A stretch of DNA of 64,000 nt from an uncultured Planctomycetia bacterium. Lineage in GTDB: Bacteria; Omnitrophota; Gorgyraeia; 2-02-FULL-51-18. Of this stretch, positions 36,734 through 46,277 are shown one piece after another. Where the stretch lies: assembly GCA_964431835.1 (NCBI GenBank), contig CAYSKO010000010.1:267-64266 (forward strand), in the 5' to 3' direction. A program made the translations under genes and the position numbers. Numbering within the stretch: the stretch's first letter is position 1; each line of letters begins with the position of its first letter. The notes below the pieces were generated by a model that ran no database searches, was not told where the DNA came from, and worked only from the letters and a program-made list of their open reading frames with translations.

Positions 36734-39306
36734 CGCATCACCTCGAGTGCCAGTGACTCCCCTTTGGCGAGCGCCTCGGCCGCTTTCGAGGCGTCCTTGC
36801 CGCCGCCGACCGCGAAATCCGGCCGCCCGCCGCCGTTCCCGCCGACCACCGCCGCCATCTCCTTGACGACCTTGCCGGCGTTGAACCCTTTTTTGACGAG
36901 CTCGTCCGTCGCGCCGACCGCGAACGTGACCTTTCCTTCGGCGCCGCACTGCCAAAGCGCGACGAAGGGGGTCTTCTGGCCCTTCAGGTGCGAGAAAACT
37001 TTCTGGAAAAGATCGGGAGTCGCGTCTCTAGAAACCATCTTGAGAACGCGCGCGCCGCCGGTTTCGGGCGCTTTCGCGAGCGCGGCCTCGTAACCCCTGC
37101 GCAAACTTTCGAGCGTCCGGCCCTCAAGTATGCCCTTCAACCCGTCCACTTTCGCGCGGATCTCTTTCGTGCGACGGAGCACATCCCCGGCGTCGTTCTT
37201 GGCGCCGAAAAGCTTCGCCATCTCCTCCACTTCGTTTTCGCGGGCCTTCACGTAGTCCTCGGCCCAGCGGCCGGTAACGGCCTCGAGACGGCGGACGCCC
37301 GCTTGAATCGAGCTTTCGGAAACGATCTTGAAAAGACCGATCTGACCGGTCGAATCCAGATGCGTTCCACCGCAAAGCTCCTTCGAAAAATCGCCGATCG
37401 TGACGACACGGACTTCGTCGCCGTATTTTTCGCCGAAGAACGCCATCGCGCCTTCCTTCATGGCTCGCTCCTTCGAGAGCACGCGTTTGTCGAGTTTCAC
37501 GTCCTTCTTCACTTCGCCGTTCACGAGCGATTCGACCTCGGCAAGCTGTGCCGCGTCGACCGCCTTGAAATGCGTGAAATCGAAGCGCAGGTAATCTTTC
37601 GCGACGAGCGAACCCGACTGCTTCACGTGGTCGCCGAGCACCTTGCGGAGCGCGCTGTGGAGAAGGTGCGTGGCCGTGTGATTCTTGGCGACGTCACCGC
37701 GACGATCCTCGTGGACCGTCATTTTCATGGGCATATTCGCCTTGAGCGTGCCCTTCTCGACAAAAACCTTGTGGGCCGCGCATTTTTCGATCCACTGGAC
37801 GTCTTCGACGCGGGCCTTGGCGCCGCAACCCTCGAAGAATCCCGTATCTCCGATCTGGCCGCCGGACTCGGCGTAAAACGGGCTCTTGTCGAAGAAAACG
37901 AGACCCTCTTCGCCTTCCTTGAGCGCGTCGACCGCGGTCTGGCCGCGGACCACGCGCAGGACTTTTCCGTCGCCGGCCATTCCGGTGTAACCGAGGAACT
38001 CGGTGTTCGGAAGCCCTTCGATCAGCTCGAAGATTCCCTTGTTCCCGAAGATTTCTCCCGCGATCTTGGAGGAGTCGCGCGAACGCTGGCGCTGTTCTTC
38101 CAGGAGCTTCTCGAACTCTTCTTTCGAATACTTGATGCCGACGGACTCGGCGCAAGCCGCAATCGTCTCGACTGGCACGCCAAACGTGTCGTAATAACGA
38201 AACGCGAGCTCAGCTGGGTTCTTTCCCGAGCGGAATTCTTCCGTCAGCGCCGGAACGCGCGTGCGAAGAATCTCGAGGAACGACTTCTCCTCGTTCTCGA
38301 GGATACCCGTGATGGTTTTTTGGCGGTCGGCGATCTCGGGATACACGTGCCCGTAGATCGAAACGACGGCCGGGACGAGCTTACTGAAGGATCCTGGCTC
38401 GAGCGCGCCGGCCTTCATGAGATGGTCCGCGCCGAGGCGGATGATTTTGCGGATCACGTAGCCGCGGCCCTCGTTGGAAGGAAGCGCACCGTCGGCGATC
38501 GAGAAAACGACCGCGCGGATGTGGTCCATGACCGCGTTCTCGCGCGAACGGTCGTTCGAACCTTCTTTAAGGAGCTTTTTCAACTCGGCGCGCAGGCGCA
38601 CGAAGTTGTCGGTGTCGAAATTTGAATCAACGCCCTGCATGACGGCCGAGACGCGTTCGAGACCCATGCCGGTGTCGATGTTCTTCTGCGGCAGCGGAAC
38701 GAGCGAACCGTCAGATTGGCGGTCGAACTGCGTGAAGACGAGATTCCAGATCTCGACGCCCTTGCCGGGGATTTCGCCGACGTAGATCTCCGAGCACGGA
38801 CCGCACGGGCCGTTCGGGCCGTCCTTGGGCGCGTTCGAGGGCCAGAAGTTGTCTTCGGCGCCCATGCGCACGATACGGACTTCCGGGACACCGATCTTAT
38901 CCCTCCAAATCGCGAACGCCTCGTCGTCTTCCTGGTAGACAGAGACCCAGAGCTTCTCTTTCGGGAAGTTGAGTGCCTTCGTGACGAATTCCCAGGCGAA
39001 GGCGATCGCCTCTTCCTTGAAATAGTCACCGAACGAGAAGTTTCCGAGCATTTCGAAGAAGCTGTGGTGGTACGCCGTCTTACCGACGCGGTCGAGATCG
39101 GCCGTGCGCAGGCACTTTTGGCAGCTCGTCGCGCGCGCGACGTCCTTCTTGAGACCGAGGAAGTACGGCTTGAACTGGTTCATGCCGGCACCCGTGAAAA
39201 GAAGAGACGGATCATCGTGCGGCACGAGGGAGTCGCTCGAATAAGCGCGGTGCGCCTTCGATTTGAAGAAATCCAGGTACGTTTGTCTGAGCTGGTCGGT
39301 TTTCAT
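36730..39306 (-). CDS. alaS: Alanine--tRNA ligase
   Basis: FTGAGMNQFK, FEMLGNFSFGDYFK, DTGMGLER, HTATHLL, ELCGGTH, GGGRPD. Confidence 0.99.
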   Translation of the reverse strand: MKTDQLRQTYLDFFKSKAHRAYSSDSLVPHDDPSLLFTGAGMNQFKPYFLGLKKDVARATSCQKCLRTADLDRVGKTAYHHSFFEMLGNFSFGDYFKEEAIAFAWEFVTKALNFPKEKLWVSVYQEDDEAFAIWRDKIGVPEVRIVRMGAEDNFWPSNAPKDGPNGPCGPCSEIYVGEIPGKGVEIWNLVFTQFDRQSDGSLVPLPQKNIDTGMGLERVSAVMQGVDSNFDTDNFVRLRAELKKLLKEGSNDRSRENAVMDHIRAVVFSIADGALPSNEGRGYVIRKIIRLGADHLMKAGALEPGSFSKLVPAVVSIYGHVYPEIADRQKTITGILENEEKSFLEILRTRVPALTEEFRSGKNPAELAFRYYDTFGVPVETIAACAESVGIKYSKEEFEKLLEEQRQRSRDSSKIAGEIFGNKGIFELIEGLPNTEFLGYTGMAGDGKVLRVVRGQTAVDALKEGEEGLVFFDKSPFYAESGGQIGDTGFFEGCGAKARVEDVQWIEKCAAHKVFVEKGTLKANMPMKMTVHEDRRGDVAKNHTATHLLHSALRKVLGDHVKQSGSLVAKDYLRFDFTHFKAVDAAQLAEVESLVNGEVKKDVKLDKRVLSKERAMKEGAMAFFGEKYGDEVRVVTIGDFSKELCGGTHLDSTGQIGLFKIVSESSIQAGVRRLEAVTGRWAEDYVKARENEVEEMAKLFGAKNDAGDVLRRTKEIRAKVDGLKGILEGRTLESLRRGYEAALAKAPETGGARVLKMVSRDATPDLFQKVFSHLKGQKTPFVALWQCGAEGKVTFAVGATDELVKKGFNAGKVVKEMAAVVGGNGGGRPDFAVGGGKDASKAAEALAKGESLALEVMR

Positions 39307-39809
39307 GAGTCCGTCGTATCCTCTTCCGTCATTTCCTTGAAAACTTGGGCGAACACCGCCGAAATCACGTCCGAACGGAACCCTCTCCGCTTGAGAAGCC
39401 CGAAAAGCCGGGTCTTTTTCTTGAGGAGCGGGAGCGCTCCCATTTTCGACAACCGCGAACGCGCGAGCGCGAGAGCCGTTTCCTTTTCGTTCCCGGCGCC
39501 TTCCGACACCGCTTTGGCGATCTCCGTTTCGGGAACGCCTTTCCTTCGAAGCTCTGTCTCGACGAGCCGCCTGCCCGAAGGCCGCGAATTTGCGCGGGAC
39601 TCGACGAAGAGCTTCGCGAACTTCGCGTCATCGATGAAGCCCAGGCGCTTCAGCGTCTCGATCGTCTCCTGGATCACGGACGCCTCGTGCCGTTTCTGAC
39701 GCAAACGCGCCGCGAGCTCCGAAGAGCTGCGCGCGCGGAACGACAAAAGACGCATCGCGTCGCTTTTTGCCTTGAGAAGCCGCTCTTGGCGGCCGGTATC
39801 TTCAGTCAT
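39303..39809 (-). CDS. recX: Regulatory protein RecX
   Basis: LLSFRARS, IDDAKFA, LRRKGV, LKRRGF; directly downstream of recA. Confidence 0.92.
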   Translation of the reverse strand: MTEDTGRQERLLKAKSDAMRLLSFRARSSSELAARLRQKRHEASVIQETIETLKRLGFIDDAKFAKLFVESRANSRPSGRRLVETELRRKGVPETEIAKAVSEGAGNEKETALALARSRLSKMGALPLLKKKTRLFGLLKRRGFRSDVISAVFAQVFKEMTEEDTTDS

Positions 39810-39813
39810 GGCT

Positions 39814-39850
39814 AAAAAAGCGCGCCCCGCCCTCTTCAGGCGGGGACGCG
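39814..39850 (-). terminator. Intrinsic terminator/attenuator between recA and recX
   Basis: Minus strand CGCGTCCCCGCC-TGAAGAG-GGCGGGGCGCG followed by CTTTTTT. Confidence 0.8.
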
Positions 39851-39874
39851 TTCGACCGTTTCAGCTTTTACCGG

Positions 39875-40984
39875 TCACGCGCCCGCTTTAGCGGCTTCGG
39901 CGACCTTCACGTGAATCTGCTTTTCGATCTCGCCCAGGATCTTCGGGTTCTCGCGAAGATACGCTTTGGCGTTCTCCCGGCCCTGGCCGAGCTTGTCGTC
40001 CCCGTAGAGAATCCAGCTGCCGCTCTGCTTGGTGATGTTGTACGTCTCGGCCATGTCGAGGATCGAACCCACTGCCGAAACGCCTTCGTCGTACATGAGA
40101 TCGAACTCCGCCTGTTTGAACGGCGCGGCGACCTTATTCTTCACGACCTTCACGCGCACGCGGCCACCGACGGTTTCCTCGCCGCGCTTGATCTGCGCGA
40201 TGCGCCGGATGTCGAGACGGACCGACGAATAGAACTTGAGCGCGCGGCCGCCCGGCGTGGTTTCGGGGTTGCCGAACATCACGCCGATCTTCTCGCGGAG
40301 CTGATTGATGAAAATGATGCAGGACTTCGATTTCGAGATCGTGCCCGTGAGCTTGCGGAGCGCCTGACTCATGAGACGCGCCTGGAGACCGACGTGGGAA
40401 TCGCCCATCTCGCCTTCGATTTCGGCCTTCGGCGTCAGCGCCGCGACGGAGTCGACGACGACGAGATCGACCGCGTTCGAACGCACGAGCATCTCGGCGA
40501 TTTCGAGCGCCTGCTCCCCGGTGTCGGGCTGGGACACGAGAAGATCGTCAAGATTCACGCCGAGCTTCTTGGCGTAGGTGGAATCGAACGCGTGCTCCGC
40601 GTCGATGAAGGCGGCCGTGCCCTTCTTCTTCTGCGCCTGCGCGATGATGCTCAAGGTAAGGGTGGTTTTACCGCTGGATTCCGGCCCGTAGATCTCGATG
40701 ATTCGGCCGCGCGGGATGCCGCCGATGCCGAGCGCGAGATCGAGTGCGATCGCTCCCGTCGGAATGGCGGGAACGTCGCTCTTGGTATTCTGGCCGAGAG
40801 TCATGATCGACCCTTTGCCGAAAAGTTTCTCTATCTGCAAAACGGTCGCGTCGAGCGATTTCCGGCGGTCGGCCATTCCGTCCTTCGTGGCGTCTTTCGA
40901 GTTGTCGCGCGCGTGGCTCACCTGACGCGCGTCCATCTTCTGCTGCTCTTTTTCTTCTTTTTTCATTGCGAAGCTCTTGGCCAT
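39875..40984 (-). CDS. recA: Recombinase RecA
   Basis: [34 protein letters not shown]. Confidence 0.99.
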   Translation of the reverse strand: MAKSFAMKKEEKEQQKMDARQVSHARDNSKDATKDGMADRRKSLDATVLQIEKLFGKGSIMTLGQNTKSDVPAIPTGAIALDLALGIGGIPRGRIIEIYGPESSGKTTLTLSIIAQAQKKKGTAAFIDAEHAFDSTYAKKLGVNLDDLLVSQPDTGEQALEIAEMLVRSNAVDLVVVDSVAALTPKAEIEGEMGDSHVGLQARLMSQALRKLTGTISKSKSCIIFINQLREKIGVMFGNPETTPGGRALKFYSSVRLDIRRIAQIKRGEETVGGRVRVKVVKNKVAAPFKQAEFDLMYDEGVSAVGSILDMAETYNITKQSGSWILYGDDKLGQGRENAKAYLRENPKILGEIEKQIHVKVAEAAKAGA

Positions 40985-41053
40985 CGCTTCCTCCGATTAT
41001 AAAACACAATCTTGCCTGGACTTGGCACCGCGCGGTCTCGAATAGGAGACAGC

Positions 41054-41082
41054 ATTATACAATCCCCCTTTTTGACTGTAAA
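41054..41082 (-). promoter_or_regulatory. sigma70-type promoter of recA
   Basis: TTTACA-N17-TATAAT. Confidence 0.75.
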
Positions 41083-41235
41083 GGACCAAGCGTTCTTCCT
41101 ACTAGACGTTTGAAGGCCGGTTATTCGTTCAATAAAAGAGAGGTCATATATATTTTTGGTCTTCTAACGAAATAGAAAGGCCGGGTCGCGACTTTTTCGC
41201 CCCAAAAGGTACTTAAGGTCCTCTATACTAGACGC

Positions 41236-42471
41236 ATGAGAGCGGAAATCGTATCCATCGGAACGGAGCTTCTCGTCGGCTCGACCATCAACACCAACGC
41301 GGCTTACCTTTCGGCGCGCCTGGCGGATCTGGGCATCGACGTCTACCGGCACACGGTCGTCGGAGACAACGTCGATCGGATCGTTTTGGCGTTCGAAGAG
41401 GCGGCAATGCGCTCCGAACTCGTCTTGTGCACGGGCGGTCTCGGTCCTACGGAAGACGACGTGACGGCCGAGGCCGCCGCGCGTTTCGTCCGCGAACCGC
41501 TCGTGATGCACCGTGCGAGCGAGCGCCACATCGAGCGCGCGCTGAAAGCACGCGGACTGCGGATGACGAAACTGATTCGCCGCCAATGCTTCGTTCCGCG
41601 CGGCGCCGTCGTTCTGCGCAACCTTCGGGGCACGGCGGCCGGTTGGCTCGTGCGCACGCCAGGCGGTTCCCGCCTCATGGCTCTCCCCGGCCCCCCGCGC
41701 GAGCTCAAGTCAATGATGGACGACGCCGCGATTCCGGCGCTCACGAAACACATGCATCTGGCGCCGGCGTGCCTCGTGCGCCGCAGCGTGCGCCTCGCAG
41801 GCCTCATCGAAGTTCAGGTCGCTGCGAAAGTACACGATCTCCTCAAGCTTCGGCCTCCGGTCACCGTCGGCATTTACGCCAAGGCCGGCGAAGTGGAGCT
41901 CAAGATCATGGCGAAAGCTTCTTCCGAAAAAAAAGCCTCCGAGGCCGCCGACCGCATCGAACGCACGATCCGCCGACGTTTCGGAGACCGCGTTTACGGA
42001 ACGGATTCGGACACGATCGGGGCGGCGGCGGGAAAACGCCTGGCAGGGTTGGGGAAAACACTCGCTGTGGCTGAATCCTGTACCGGAGGCGCGTTAGCCA
42101 ACCTCTTTACGGACGTTCCCGGCAGCTCGGAGTGGTTTAAGGGCGGGATCGTCTCCTACGTCGCGGGAACGAAGGAGGCGCTTTTGGGGGTGCAGCTTGG
42201 AAAACGCGATCCCGTGAGCGGTGCGGTCGCGGTGGAACTTGCTCGGGCCGCACGGGAACGTTTCCAGTCGGATTTCGGGATCGGGGTCACTGGGAATGCG
42301 GGGCCGGGAAAAGACAAGGGCTCCCGGGAGCCGGTGGGAATTGTCTTCATCGCCGTCGCGGACGCGCGCGGCGTGCGGACGAAAAAAAGCCGTTTCGCCG
42401 GCACCCGCGCCGAAATCAAGGCGCGAGCCGCCCGCGAAGCGGCGAATTTAATCCGTACGCAAGCGCGCTAA
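41236..42471 (+). CDS. cinA: CinA-like protein (MoCF-like domain plus NMN deamidase PncC domain)
   Basis: EIVSIGTELL, VGDN, GGLGPTEDD, LPGPPRE, AESCTGG, VTGNAGP; TATACT 6 nt before ATG. Confidence 0.95.
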   Translation: MRAEIVSIGTELLVGSTINTNAAYLSARLADLGIDVYRHTVVGDNVDRIVLAFEEAAMRSELVLCTGGLGPTEDDVTAEAAARFVREPLVMHRASERHIERALKARGLRMTKLIRRQCFVPRGAVVLRNLRGTAAGWLVRTPGGSRLMALPGPPRELKSMMDDAAIPALTKHMHLAPACLVRRSVRLAGLIEVQVAAKVHDLLKLRPPVTVGIYAKAGEVELKIMAKASSEKKASEAADRIERTIRRRFGDRVYGTDSDTIGAAAGKRLAGLGKTLAVAESCTGGALANLFTDVPGSSEWFKGGIVSYVAGTKEALLGVQLGKRDPVSGAVAVELARAARERFQSDFGIGVTGNAGPGKDKGSREPVGIVFIAVADARGVRTKKSRFAGTRAEIKARAAREAANLIRTQAR

Positions 42472-42500
42472 GACGGCCGCGCTTCGGCTTTCCTCCCCTT

Positions 42501-43364
42501 TTAGCGCTGAGATTCTTCCTGCACCAAAACCGCTTCGGCCCGGAGCGTCCGTGGTTCGTACTGCGCTTTGACGAGGGCGCCTTCCTCCAAATCGTCGACG
42601 ATGGCCGGCGATACGGCTAGCGTGACGTTTTTGCCTGAAAATTGGTCGCTCACGGTGATCTCTGCGCGCGGACGATCGACGTCCACGAGCCGCCCAACCG
42701 CGGTGTCGAGCACGGTTTCGGGCGTCGAGGGGCGTGTCACGCCGGCGGTCAGAATCTGGTTTTCGGTGCTCACGAGAGGCGCCGCCACGCCCACGCTCCC
42801 GACCGGAACCACGGTGGCCGCCGACGGAGAACCGGGACCGCCCGGCGCGGATGGGAACGAGCGAGTGCCGTTGGCGTCGAGCCCCGGAGGCTCGCCGAGG
42901 AATTCGGTCCGTCCGGGCTGGACGGATGCGGCGCCGCCACCGCCATTCCCGACGGGTAGCTCGGTCACGAAACGATTCGCCTGATCGTTCGAGTCTGCCG
43001 TCCTCACCGCCTGGGTCTGAGCGCCGACGTTCGCTGCCGAGCGGTCGTTGACGTTGACGAACGGCCCGCCGCCGTCGCGGAAGCCCTGAAAACCCGCCGT
43101 ACTGCGCGAGCCGCCGTCGAAAGCAGAGTTCGAAATCGAAGGAGGAACGTCGAGGGCCGACGTCGCGGGGAGACCGGTACCGGAGCTTTGAAATCCCGTC
43201 GATACGGCGGTGCTCGTTCCGCCCGCCGCGGCGGCCTGCTGCGCCGCTGGGGGAGCCGTGGCTCCCGGATCGCTCTGCGAATTTTCGGCGAAAGCGGATA
43301 AAGAAAAAACCGCCCCGAAGGCGGCAACTAAGATCGAAAGTGCGGAAACGCGGAACGTTTTCAT
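42501..43364 (-). CDS. Secreted protein: signal peptide, long G/A/P/S/T-rich linker, C-terminal ~65-aa beta-barrel-like domain
   Basis: Signal peptide ending AFA; GGAGG SD; C-terminal GRLVDVDRPRAEITVSDQFSGKNVTLAV...LEEGALVKAQY. Confidence 0.85.
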   Translation of the reverse strand: MKTFRVSALSILVAAFGAVFSLSAFAENSQSDPGATAPPAAQQAAAAGGTSTAVSTGFQSSGTGLPATSALDVPPSISNSAFDGGSRSTAGFQGFRDGGGPFVNVNDRSAANVGAQTQAVRTADSNDQANRFVTELPVGNGGGGAASVQPGRTEFLGEPPGLDANGTRSFPSAPGGPGSPSAATVVPVGSVGVAAPLVSTENQILTAGVTRPSTPETVLDTAVGRLVDVDRPRAEITVSDQFSGKNVTLAVSPAIVDDLEEGALVKAQYEPRTLRAEAVLVQEESQR

Positions 43365-43442
43365 GGTCTTCCTCCGTGGGGCTTTCGCGGCTCGCGTCGC
43401 CCCTTGAGTAGCAACTCCCGGAATTCGGGAGCGATAGTGAGA

Positions 43443-43850
43443 CTAGACACCCGCACCGTCTTCGGCGCCCCGGGCGAGCAGTCCTTCGTCGACAGGCAGG
43501 CCCACTTCGACGCTTTCCGCTTCCTCCGGATTCAGCTGAACCGTCCGGTTTTCTCCCGTTTCCCCGTCTTTCACAACGACTTCGCCGGTCTCCTCGTCTT
43601 TGGCCACGACGTTCCACCGCGTTTCTTCGTCGCCCAAAGCGCCTGCGGGCTGCGAAAAGGCGTCGGTTTGCGGACCCAACGCCGGATCCGCCGACGATTC
43701 GGCCGGTTCAAAGGCCGCTTCGTCGGCGGAAAGGGGTGCCAAGGCTTCCCCCGATTCACCGTCGGATCCAAACCCGTCCCCCAACTCGGCCCAAGCGGAG
43801 GGCGCGAAGAGGAGCGAGAGAACCGTGGCGATCGGAAGGAAGCGGGTCAT
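43443..43850 (-). CDS. Secreted acidic protein with a related (shorter) C-terminal beta domain
   Basis: Signal peptide ending AWA; NVVAKDEETGEVVVKDGETGENRTVQL...VEVG. Confidence 0.8.
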   Translation of the reverse strand: MTRFLPIATVLSLLFAPSAWAELGDGFGSDGESGEALAPLSADEAAFEPAESSADPALGPQTDAFSQPAGALGDEETRWNVVAKDEETGEVVVKDGETGENRTVQLNPEEAESVEVGLPVDEGLLARGAEDGAGV

Positions 43851-43856
43851 GTCGGC

Positions 43857-44663
43857 TTACTCGTTCGTGATACGGACGCCCTGAGCGCGCTTGCCGCTAC
43901 CCGAGGCGAGATCCACGCGAACGCTGTCGCCGATGGCGAGAGTCGAAGCGGACATCACGTTCGGATCGACCGTGATACGGCGGTCGCCCTTAGTGACGTC
44001 GTCCTTGATGGTGATCTCGTTGTCCATTTTGTCGATGGAGACGATCGTGCCTCGGATCATCTGCTCGGAAGCGGTCGACTCGTCGTTGACTCCCATCCCG
44101 GTGGTGGCGACGGCCGCATCGGCGGAAGTCACGTTGGTCGTGGGATCGCCGGTGGCGCTATCGGAGGCGGACATGCCAGCCGAAGCCGAAGCGTCCATGC
44201 CTGAAGCGTCGGTCGTGGCGGTGACGTCGGTCGAAGCGGTATTCATGTCGGCTGTGCCTTCCGTCGTGGCGACCACGGAGGTGTCCGCGTCGTTGGCGTC
44301 ACCCGAAACGTCCGCGTCCGCGGCGGTCCGGGACGTCAGCGGGCTCGAGCCTGCCGCGCTTTCAGCGGCGCTGTCGGCGGCGGGATCGTTAGAGGAAGCG
44401 TCCGCGTTGATCGCGTCGTTGGTCGCGTTCGCCGGATTGGCGCCTGCGGTCGTCGCGTCGGACGGATCGGCCGTCGTCGTGGTCGTCATGGCCGCGTCCG
44501 TCGTACCCACGTTCGCGCCTGAATTCGTGTTGGCGTCCGTCGCCTCAACGACGGTTCCTTCCGCTCCGGCTCCCGTGGCGACTACGTCGATCTCCGCGTA
44601 GGCGGCTGTCGAAAAGAACGCGACTGAGAAAAGTGCGAGGATAAAGCTCATGGATTTGTTCAT
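43857..44663 (-). CDS. Secreted protein: signal peptide, long A/T/D/S-rich linker, C-terminal beta-barrel-like domain
   Basis: Start reset to ATG at 44663 (AGGAG SD); signal ending AYA; C-terminal GTIVSIDKMDNEITIKDDVTKGDRRITV...LAIGDSVRVDL. Confidence 0.87.
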   Translation of the reverse strand: MNKSMSFILALFSVAFFSTAAYAEIDVVATGAGAEGTVVEATDANTNSGANVGTTDAAMTTTTTADPSDATTAGANPANATNDAINADASSNDPAADSAAESAAGSSPLTSRTAADADVSGDANDADTSVVATTEGTADMNTASTDVTATTDASGMDASASAGMSASDSATGDPTTNVTSADAAVATTGMGVNDESTASEQMIRGTIVSIDKMDNEITIKDDVTKGDRRITVDPNVMSASTLAIGDSVRVDLASGSGKRAQGVRITNE

Positions 44664-44709
44664 TTTGGTCTCCTGAATGGGTTGTTTAAGTGCCTTTGAA
44701 CTTGGACTC

Positions 44710-44764
44710 ACTATAGCGCCGGGTGGATTAAAGGACCCTTAAAACAAGATTAAAATAACCTAAT
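44710..44764 (-). promoter_or_regulatory. Promoter with -10 TATAGT and tandem 11-bp-period repeats (candidate OmpR/PhoB-family operator)
   Basis: Plus strand TTAAA at 44728, 44739 and 44750 and CTAA at 44760 cover the expected -35 position; no consensus -35. Confidence 0.7.
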
Positions 44765-44789
44765 CCATTCGGACGCGTGAGTGATGCGC

Positions 44790-46268
44790 TCAGGGAGATG
44801 TGGCGGGGAGGAAAACGGTAAACGTCGTGCCGAGCCCGGTATGACTACGTACCTTGATGTCGCCCTGGTGGGCTTGAGCGATGGATTTGGCGATCGAAAG
44901 GCCGAGACCGAAACCTTCGCTCGAGCGCGCCTTGTCCACGCGGTAGAAGCGCTCGAAGATGTACGGCAGTTCGTTGTCGGGGATTCCGATTCCGGAATCG
45001 CTGACTTCCACGACGGCCAGATCGTTGTCGCGCGAGAGCGTGAGCGCCACTCGGCCCCGCTGAGGCGTGTACTTGATCGCGTTGTCGATTAAATTGATGA
45101 AAAGACGGCGGAGCTGGTTCTCGTGCCCGTTGATCACGGTCGTGCCGTTCTGCAGGTAGTTGATCTGGATTTGCTTTTGGTCCGCGAGGATCTTCATGTG
45201 CGCGGCGACCTTCTCCATGAGAAGATTCAAATCCACCGGCTGGGCAGCGCTCGCCATCTCCTTCGAGTCGTAACGCGCCAGAAGAAGAAGGTTGTCCAGG
45301 ATACGACGGATCTTATCGATCTCCTCAAGCGCACTGAAGAGAATCCCCTCGTACTCTTCGGGAGTCCGGCTCTTTTTGAGCGTGACTTCGAGCTCGCCTT
45401 TCAGGATCGTGAGCGGCGTTTTTAGCTCGTGCGAGATATCCTGGTTGAAGCGCTGCTGGGACGTAAACGCGCGCTCCAGACGTTCGAGCATTTCGTTGTA
45501 GGTCTCGGAAAGACGGCGGATCTCGTCGTTGGTAAGCGGGACTTTAAGGCGCATCTTGAGGTTATCCGCTTTGATCTCACGGATGGAGCGCACCATGTCG
45601 TCGACCGGCCGCAGCGTCATCTTGACCAGGAACGACCCCGCGAGACCCGTCAGAAGAGACGTGAGCGGCACGAGTAGGATCAGGATTGCTTTCAGATTGT
45701 TCAGCTCTTTCTGGATCGCCGTCAGCGAGCTCGCCACCTGAACAATGTATGCCACGCGCCGGCGTTCGATGACCGGGGAGGTCACCGCTCGCAGGGAAAG
45801 CTTGTCCCCCTCGGACGATAGCACGTCGAAGTTGTCGAACCGCGGCGTTCCCTTCAGGACGTACTCAAAAATGACCGGCCGCATCGTCGTCGAATCGGGA
45901 AGATCTTTCGACGAGGCGATCGGTTTCCCCTGCGCGTCGAACACGTGGACCACGAAATTGATGAGGTCGGGGTCGCTCGACTTGTCCTTGATCCAGCGGT
46001 CCACGAGATTCGCCAGCTCCGCGCCGCTCGCGCGACTGATGTTCGATTTCCCCTGCGTGCGGGTCACCTCGGAGTGATGCGCCTCGCGGTACGCCTCGAT
46101 GGACGTCACGATGCCGGCGGCTTTCAGCTTCAGCAGGTCGTCGATGTTCTTGTAGAGGCTGTGGCTGAAATTGCGGTACAGCAAGACGCTGAAGAGTGAC
46201 AGCGTCGCCGCCGACATCAGGATGTACAGGAGGATGATCTTGAAACGGATCGTACGGAAGAAGAACAA
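44790..46268 (-). CDS. Membrane sensor histidine kinase (HAMP-HisKA-HATPase; CusS/ArlS-like architecture)
   Basis: Two TM helices, extracytoplasmic domain, HAMP, SHELKTPL H-box, NLIDNAIKY, DSGIGI, GFGLGL. Confidence 0.95.
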   Translation of the reverse strand: MFFFRTIRFKIILLYILMSAATLSLFSVLLYRNFSHSLYKNIDDLLKLKAAGIVTSIEAYREAHHSEVTRTQGKSNISRASGAELANLVDRWIKDKSSDPDLINFVVHVFDAQGKPIASSKDLPDSTTMRPVIFEYVLKGTPRFDNFDVLSSEGDKLSLRAVTSPVIERRRVAYIVQVASSLTAIQKELNNLKAILILLVPLTSLLTGLAGSFLVKMTLRPVDDMVRSIREIKADNLKMRLKVPLTNDEIRRLSETYNEMLERLERAFTSQQRFNQDISHELKTPLTILKGELEVTLKKSRTPEEYEGILFSALEEIDKIRRILDNLLLLARYDSKEMASAAQPVDLNLLMEKVAAHMKILADQKQIQINYLQNGTTVINGHENQLRRLFINLIDNAIKYTPQRGRVALTLSRDNDLAVVEVSDSGIGIPDNELPYIFERFYRVDKARSSEGFGLGLSIAKSIAQAHQGDIKVRSHTGLGTTFTVFLPATSP

Positions 46269-46277
46269 GGCTGTCTT

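Noticed and set aside
40985-41235. LexA/SOS box upstream of recA
   Set aside because: No CTGT-N8-ACAG or GAAC-N4-GTTC match at a convincing position; only short hairpins (e.g. GTCTC-N6-GAGAC at 41035-41050).
43415-43431. Hairpin CTCCCG-GAATT-CGGGAG between secreted-protein genes
   Set aside because: Only 6 bp with no U-tract; cannot call a terminator or ncRNA.
42448-43617. 389-aa Arg-rich minus-strand ORF overlapping the secreted-protein genes
   Set aside because: Alternative frame of the real genes; composition is typical of frame-shifted GC-rich sequence.
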